A DNA stretch of 49,592 bases, taken from the NCBI GenBank assembly GCA_964410245.1, contig CAYPHO010000001.1:1-49592 (forward strand), given 5' to 3'. The position numbers and the translations under genes were made by a program. Below are positions 40,601 to 46,400 of this stretch, piece by piece (position 1 is the first letter of the stretch; every line of letters begins with the position of its first letter). The stretch comes from an uncultured Treponemataceae bacterium. Lineage in GTDB: Bacteria; Spirochaetota; Spirochaetia; Treponematales; Rectinemataceae. Below the pieces are notes generated by a model. The model saw only the letters and a program-made list of their open reading frames with translations, made no database searches and was not told the origin of the DNA.

Positions 40601-43450
40601 CGCGTCGGCTCCCGAGACGAGGGCCTTCTCCGAGACCAGGTTGTCGACGACGTCGGATACGTACTTCGCCTCGCCGGTCGTGATGTCGCTCTCCGACAAG
40701 TAGGAATGCCACTGGCGCTCGTAGAGCCGGAGCTTCAGCTCCTTGCCGGCCAGGGTCTTCTCGAGGTGGTCGAGCACGACGACAGAGGCCTTGACCGCCA
40801 TCGACTCGGTCTCGAATTTCGGGAGCTTGAGGCCGATCGAGAAGGGCGGCAGGGCCAGCACGGTCTTCGACTGCGACACCGTCTGCGCGTCGGCGCCGTA
40901 CACCGAGGCCTGGACGCGGTAGTAGCGGCTCTGAATGGACTGGGCCGCTCGGGGATCGATGGTCAATTTCGCGCGCCCGTCGTCGTCGGTGACGTCCTCG
41001 GACTCCGAGGCGGAGATGCCCTCCTCGCGGTAGCCGCCCCCGACGCTCAGGTAGCTGGAGAAGCTGTAGTCGGGCCAGGCCGCCGGCGATATGCGCCAGG
41101 AGCCCTCGCTGACCGACCACTCGACGCTCTGCCCGACTACCTTTCCGCCGGCGTAGTACGAGGCGTTCAGCTCGATCTCGAAGGGCTCGTCGAAGGGCAC
41201 GCGGTCGGGGCCGTTCAGGTCTATCTCGAAGCTGGGTACCCGGTACTCCTCCTTCTGGAAGCTTACCGAGGCGAGCGGCGCCTCCTTCTCGTCGAGGAGC
41301 GTCGCCCTATAGGAGCCCGAGGGCAGGTCCTTCTCGTCGAAGAGCTGGTAGAAGTAGCCGGAGCCCTTGACCTCGACCTTGTAGCGGAACTCCTTGCCGT
41401 CGGGGCAGTACACGGACAGCGTCCGCTTGGCCGACGCGTCGTCGCGCTTTATCAGGCCCTTCTCCCGGATGCGGACGAAGCCCTGGATGTGGACGGCCTC
41501 GGCCGAGCGGTAGATGGGGCGCTCGGTGAAGAGGTAGGCGAGGTGCTGGGCTGCGAGGTCGCGCTCGTCGGCCTTCATGGTCAGCCAGCCCAGCCAGCGC
41601 GAGCGGGGCCCGTACCAGTGGTTGTTGTGGAAGTAGGGCGGCGCCTGGGCGGCGTCGACGACGAGGACGTCGCCCGCCTGGGACACGACGATCCGGTCCA
41701 CCTCCTCGTCGAGGGGCTTCGAGTGGATGTATGTTAATTTTCCTTCGCGGTCGGTCTTGCCCGAGACGAGGGACTTGGCCGCGACCGAGCCGTCCTTGTC
41801 CGCGTAGATCGAGTCGAGCGAGATCGAGGCCCCGGGCACCGGCTGCCCGGTGGAGAGCGAGGTCACCGCGAACACGATGCCGCGGCGCTCCTCGACGACG
41901 GTCAGGCAGAGGTCGGTGACCTGGACGCGCATGAAATTCCGGCCGCCGTCCGAGCCGAGGCTCCGGTAGCCGACGAGGTAGGTCCCCGGAGCTCCCTCTT
42001 TGCCCATCCTCTTGAAGGCGGGCGCGAGGTCCACGCCGAAGGAGGCCGCCCCGCCCTTCTCCTTGGAGGGAAGGGAGACGACCTCGGAATACTCGGGGCT
42101 GCCCAGGAGCCTGATCTGCCTGGCGAGATCTGTGCCGTAGGCGGGCTCCTCGCCCGGCATGGGGGGAGCGGCCTTCTCGTCGACGCTCAGGACCGACTCG
42201 GGGAAGGGCCAGTAGTTCAGGTCCAAGGGATCGATCGCGTTGACGCGGAGGTCGACCTTATCGAAGCCCCGAGCCTCCATGGGCAGGCTGCGCGGGCCGT
42301 AGCGCTCGAGTATCGCCTGACCCCCGGTCCACTTGATGTAGGGCGAGAGGGCCTTGTAATAGAAGTGGAAGGACGAGGGGGCGAAGGCCGAGAGCCTCCT
42401 GCCCGAGGAGCTCGCCAGGTCCTGGTGCCGTAGCTCGAGCTTGTAGTCGGTGTCGGGATCGCGGTCGAAGTACAAGAGTAGCCTCTGTCCCGAGATATCG
42501 AATCGCAGGTCCCTGACCGAGGGCGAGAGCGAGACGAAGGACTTGAGCGCCGCCACCGAGGTCGAGGAGGAGAGCGACTCGGAGAACTGGATTACCAGGG
42601 GGCTCGTTCCCGTGCCGCAGTTGATCGCCTGGTCGGCCGGATAGGAGGAGCCCGAGGACGAGACCGGATAGCTCGTCGAGCTGGAGCCGAAGGAGAGCAC
42701 CCTGAAGTCGGTGCGGGTGGCGTACTGGTACACCGCCGCCGAACCGGGAATTCCCTCGTCCAGCGACAGCCGTATGCGCAGGGTAATCGCCTTCCCGTCC
42801 CCGATGGGGGCGTTCAGGTGCACGAGGTACTTGGCCGCCGACTTGCGGTCGATGCGGTCGAGCTCCTTGATCTCGAAGTCGCGCCTGCCCAGGCGGGTCG
42901 GCTGCTGCGAACCCAAGCCCGGCAGGCTCCTGACCTCGAGGCCTATCATATCGGCCAGCGAGTCGAGCGGCACCGGGGAGGCGAAGCCGATCGTGATGTC
43001 CTGGACCGAGGAGAGATTGGTAGAGCCGTGGGAAGGCGCCACCGAGATCGGCGGCGACAGGAGGGTCGAGCGCGAGAAGCTGCCTCCCGGCGTCTTGAAG
43101 GAGAAGGTCCTAAGCGCGGGCCAGCTCTCGGCCGGCAGGAACTGCAGGGTCTTCGAGTCGAGCCAGCGGTACTCGCCCGGGTGCGCGGGAGAGATCGACA
43201 GGAGGCTCGACGCGTCGTCGCCGGGGCCGCCGTTCTTCGGCCCGCGGTCCTGCGCGAAGAAGACCGTAACCGGATCGTATTCCCGCAGGAAGCGCTCGGG
43301 CAGGAGCCGCTCGGGCTCGTTCGAGCGGGCGCCCGATTGAGCGGACGCGCTTCCCGCGAGAAGCAGCGCGAAGGCGATCGTCGCCAGCGCGCCCGAGATC
43401 GAGGGCCGCCTGGCGGCGCCGAGGATCGTCCTGGCCGTCTTATCTCCCAT
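37661..43450 (-). CDS. Bacterial alpha-2-macroglobulin family protein with an intact thioester motif (YfhM/ECAM-type by pbpC linkage)
   Basis: From ORF 37661..43543, trimmed to ATG 43448-43450 (MGDKTARTILGAARRPSISGALATIAFALLLAGSASAQS, a type-I-like signal peptide), giving 1,929 aa. The thioester motif YPYGCTEQ has its CTEQ codons at 39113-39124 (complement). The protein is large and multi-domain, and is followed directly by pbpC. Confidence 0.85.
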   Translation of the reverse strand: MGDKTARTILGAARRPSISGALATIAFALLLAGSASAQSGARSNEPERLLPERFLREYDPVTVFFAQDRGPKNGGPGDDASSLLSISPAHPGEYRWLDSKTLQFLPAESWPALRTFSFKTPGGSFSRSTLLSPPISVAPSHGSTNLSSVQDITIGFASPVPLDSLADMIGLEVRSLPGLGSQQPTRLGRRDFEIKELDRIDRKSAAKYLVHLNAPIGDGKAITLRIRLSLDEGIPGSAAVYQYATRTDFRVLSFGSSSTSYPVSSSGSSYPADQAINCGTGTSPLVIQFSESLSSSTSVAALKSFVSLSPSVRDLRFDISGQRLLLYFDRDPDTDYKLELRHQDLASSSGRRLSAFAPSSFHFYYKALSPYIKWTGGQAILERYGPRSLPMEARGFDKVDLRVNAIDPLDLNYWPFPESVLSVDEKAAPPMPGEEPAYGTDLARQIRLLGSPEYSEVVSLPSKEKGGAASFGVDLAPAFKRMGKEGAPGTYLVGYRSLGSDGGRNFMRVQVTDLCLTVVEERRGIVFAVTSLSTGQPVPGASISLDSIYADKDGSVAAKSLVSGKTDREGKLTYIHSKPLDEEVDRIVVSQAGDVLVVDAAQAPPYFHNNHWYGPRSRWLGWLTMKADERDLAAQHLAYLFTERPIYRSAEAVHIQGFVRIREKGLIKRDDASAKRTLSVYCPDGKEFRYKVEVKGSGYFYQLFDEKDLPSGSYRATLLDEKEAPLASVSFQKEEYRVPSFEIDLNGPDRVPFDEPFEIELNASYYAGGKVVGQSVEWSVSEGSWRISPAAWPDYSFSSYLSVGGGYREEGISASESEDVTDDDGRAKLTIDPRAAQSIQSRYYRVQASVYGADAQTVSQSKTVLALPPFSIGLKLPKFETESMAVKASVVVLDHLEKTLAGKELKLRLYERQWHSYLSESDITTGEAKYVSDVVDNLVSEKALVSGADALSVDIPVENAGVYIVEIQGYDSVGRMQSVKRDLYVSGPTPVAWKRTTAAVFETSLDKKVYESGDTAKILIQSPYQSAEALVVIERPSGNLYRWIDVENGQGMIELAVTEDLVPRFPVHIVLMRGRLPGPLSFEAGSDRLKPVSVANTTWITVDPSSNRVDLQLMHDGKSTPGAKLTIDMVMVDREGKPADGSVALWLVDRAVLALAQERFASPLSSFITDVQSAVSISDTRNLTVGNLSFDELAGGDMAEAMKFADLLDKNTVRKNFKTVPYFNPAIEIKGGKGSVTIDMPDNLTEFAVRAIATSGADKFGTAKSTVAMRLPVVVQEALPRFVRPGDEITAGGMARVVEGEGGKAQAEIELGGGLLLSTGQTGTTRAIELDQKLPTRLYFPLKAPLSLAAKADQSVSVTLGAGRLSDGAKDAFMLELPVRRDTITKRLEATYEPKAGQAYDFPWPSEKAREGATTQTLYLTAMPELVQVLRSLRFQAAYPYGCTEQRIAKLHAPIAMSVALGAAGMPDELRVSEGALGYLFNYLESVITDSGLYSFYPGSEGKVYLTAYVVEFLVDAKAAGYSVPAVLLDRPLRALREALRSDYRRLTRGYGALERSMALCALDAAGYYDPAYGQELLSLAQEADAYTQARIWLVLKGKKGVNSSQLGKLLGKVQAAVAFQRQGGALVVAGLQEKRSWFGNPFLYRDYRTMAAIYSAYAKDKPRSAETKAILDYLLAAAGERGWGDTYTTTCVIMSLADAIKSGTKSKGVAELWDGKAWKAVDLKDKAIARLSIDSDSMLKARIKGSAAKGLTLYLDTSYVPALPGSKVAAVNEGFAVTREILDYGDGKRLARKMEAKAGLVMFLDVGTVVEDHVRVYNPQDREFVAVRLPLASGFEPMNPNLATSPAEAKPEGILTRKPAYADYEDDQVTFYYDSLPAGTYDFYYRARVNFEGEYGLPPAVAQGMYELEVQGSSDGAAVMAKKAEGGE

Positions 43451-46400
43451 TGTCGTAGTCCTCGCTTTCGTAATCGCCCTCGTAGTACTCGTCTTCGTAG
43501 TATTCGCCGTCTTCGTAGTACTCGTCCTCGCCGTAGTAGTCATCCTCGACGTACCGGTCGCGGCCGCCCTGCGAGGACGCGGAGCGCCTCGTCATCGGAA
43601 CCGAGATCGAGGCGGAAGCCCCGCCCTCGGACTTATAGCGGTCGACGACCTCCCGGGGAACGCCGACCCTCGAGCCGTCCAGGCCCTCGAGCGCCAGCTC
43701 GTACTCGATCGGCGCCGAGTCCAGGCCCTTCACGACGAAGAGGTAGGAGCCCGCCTCGAGGACGGGGAAGCAGAGCGGGCCCTCGGCTACCAGGCCCTGG
43801 CGGGAATCGTAGAGGAAGCCCGTAAGGCCGTCGGTCTCGGCCTTGACGCCGACGCCGACCCGGCCGGGAGCGGCCGCCTCGAAGGACCAGGCCTGGTACT
43901 CGCGGACTCCTATGAAGGCGCTCGTGCCCACGGCGTCCGCAGCAGGGCGGCTCTCGACCCTGTCGGCCCTGATATAGCCTCCCGCGGCGGCCCCGCGCGC
44001 GGGCCGCTGCCACACCGAGTACTTGCCGGCGGGCAGCCAGGCGAAGAGGTGCATGTCCTCGCGGCTTCCCGACAGGGCGACGCGCCGCTCTATCGAGCCT
44101 CCCGACAGCGAGAGGACGCCGGGGCCGGGGCAGGAGAGGTCGACGTAGCCGGGGGCCTTCATCGTCAGGTCGAAGGCGTCGCCCTTGCCCGTCAGCGTCG
44201 CGGCGCCGTCCAAGGCGCGCGTCGCGGACTTGCCCTGCTCGATCAGGCCCTCGACCTCCTTGCCTTTCTTGGCCAGGTAGGCGCGCGCCAGCCCCCCGGA
44301 GGCCGAGCGCAGCCTCAGCCTTCCCGAGGCCGCGGCCATGGAGCTGTAGAGCCCCGAGGCGGGATCGTGAATGAGTTTCGCATAACTTCCGTCCGCGGCC
44401 TCGAGCTCGGCCTCGCACTCGTCTCCCGCGAGGCACAAAAGGTCGCCCTCGGAAGCCTTTACGACGAGGGCGACGCCCTCGGGGGGGATGCCGACGGCCT
44501 CGAAGCTCCTCGAGGCGGAAAGCTCGCCCGAGCCGGCCGGGCCGGGCGGCATGACCGAGAGCCTGAGGCTCGACTCGGCCGATCCCGTATTGGCGACGAT
44601 CAGGACGCAGGCGCCGAGCGCTATGGTGTCGGCCTTCCGCTCGTCCAGGCTCGCGGCGGTGGCGTAGGCCTCCCCGCCCTTCCAGGCGGACAGCACGAGA
44701 TCGCGGCCCATCAGCAGGGACAGGGCGCAGGCCGGGGCGTCCATCGCTATCGCCTGGCCCGGCGCGACGGAGATCGTGCGCTTGTCCCCGACCTTCAGCG
44801 CGGGGAGCGAGGCCATCGCGTAGTACCCGACCCCGGCGCCTGCGCGCCTCGTCGGCGATTCGCCGGATGCGGCGGCGCCGCGCTCGCCGTCCCAGATCCT
44901 CGCCTTCCAGTCCCCCGGGGGAAGGAGGGCGACGCTGCCCTGGGACCAGGACGCCGAGGCGTCCCAATCGAAGAGGGGCGCGCCCTTGGCGGCGGATTCC
45001 TTGGCCGAGACGCCGCAGCGGAACTGGCCCCTGGTGTCGACCGACACCAGGATCGCCGCGTCCCGCGAGGAGACCGAGAATCCCTGGCCTAGGTCCGACA
45101 GCGCGAGCACGGCGCCGTTATCCTCGCCGAGCGCGAGGCTCCGAGTCGAGGAATCGGCGTCGGGGGCCCAGGCCCAGCCCCCGGCCTCGTAGGTCGAGAA
45201 GGGGGCGGCGCCCGGATCGGCGCAGGGAATCTCCAGGCCGGGCGAGACGAGGAGGGCGCCGGACGCGACGACCGCCGACAGGGCGTCGGGGTTCAGCATC
45301 CGCGCGGCCTCGCCCGCCTTGAGCGAGAGCGGCGCGGATATCGACGCTTGCTTCTCGGGCAGGCGCTTGACCGAGAGGGTCGGCCTGGAGGGAATCGGAG
45401 TCCATGCGTAGACCGAGTAGCGCGCGTTCGCCCGCAGGGGGACGGCGACCTGGCCCTCGCCCGCCGCGATGAAGTCGTCGCCGCGGTAGATCCGGAGGCT
45501 GACCGGCGCCCCGGACTGGGGATCGGCGGCCGCCCGTATCAGGTAGAGCCCCTCGCCGGCCTTCGCGTCGAAGGGAAGGATCACCCCCTCCGCGTCCATG
45601 CGAAGGGCGCCCTCGTAGGGCGCTGCCGCGACGACGGCGCTCTTCGCGTTGCGCGACGTCAGCCTGAGCTCCACCGGCTCGCTCGAGCCGGCCAGCGAGC
45701 CGACGTCCAGCCGGTATACGCCGGCCTTCAGCCGCCGCACGATGTCGAAGTTCCAGTCGGGCCCGTTGTCGTCGGACCGGTCGACCAGCGTAGCCCCCGC
45801 CTCGTCCATGCGGTACAGCCGCGCCGAGACGTCGCTGCGCCCCAGGCTCCACAGCTCGTAGAAGCCGTCCTCGGGCACGCTGACGCCGGTCGAGCTGGGC
45901 CTCGAGCCGGATACCGCGATCCCGGAGACGCCGGGCGCGAGGACCGAGGTGTAGACGCCGATCGAGTAGCGCAGCTGGTTCGCCTTATCGCGCGGCCGGA
46001 CCGACAGCGTATAGGCGCCGCGGCCCAGCTTGATCTCGCCGCGCTCGTCCGGCCCCAGGCCGCGCTTCTCGCCCGGTCCCTCCAGGACCGCGTCGAAGGC
46101 GGCGGGCAGGTCGAGCCGCGCCAGGAGCGGGGAGGGAACCGAGAAGGACCAGCGGTCGGGCTCGGCCTTCTCGCTCCAATCCGCGGAGGCGGGGAAGTTC
46201 AGGACGAGGCCCCTCGTCCCGGGGACCGGGGCGGCGATCGCGGGCGGCTCGAGGCTGCGCACCCAGGTCAGCCTGTTCGTGTCGATGGACACGGGCAGCG
46301 AATAGAGCAGGTAGCGGCCGGCGCTAAGGCGCAGCCGAGTCCTGCCGTCGCCGCGATAGGCCGGGAAGCCCGCCTCGTCCTCGAGCCGGACCTGGAAGCC

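Noticed and set aside
43451-43543. An upstream ATG at 43541-43543 that would add a 31-aa Thr/Lys-rich extension (MTTTARTSTTKTANTTKTSTTRAITKARTTT) in front of the A2M signal peptide
   Set aside because: The open frame is a by-product of the (GA[CG]TAC)n-like sequence encoding the acidic Tyr tail in the other frame. A signal peptide must be N-terminal. The ATG at 43450 has a GAGGA site at the correct distance.
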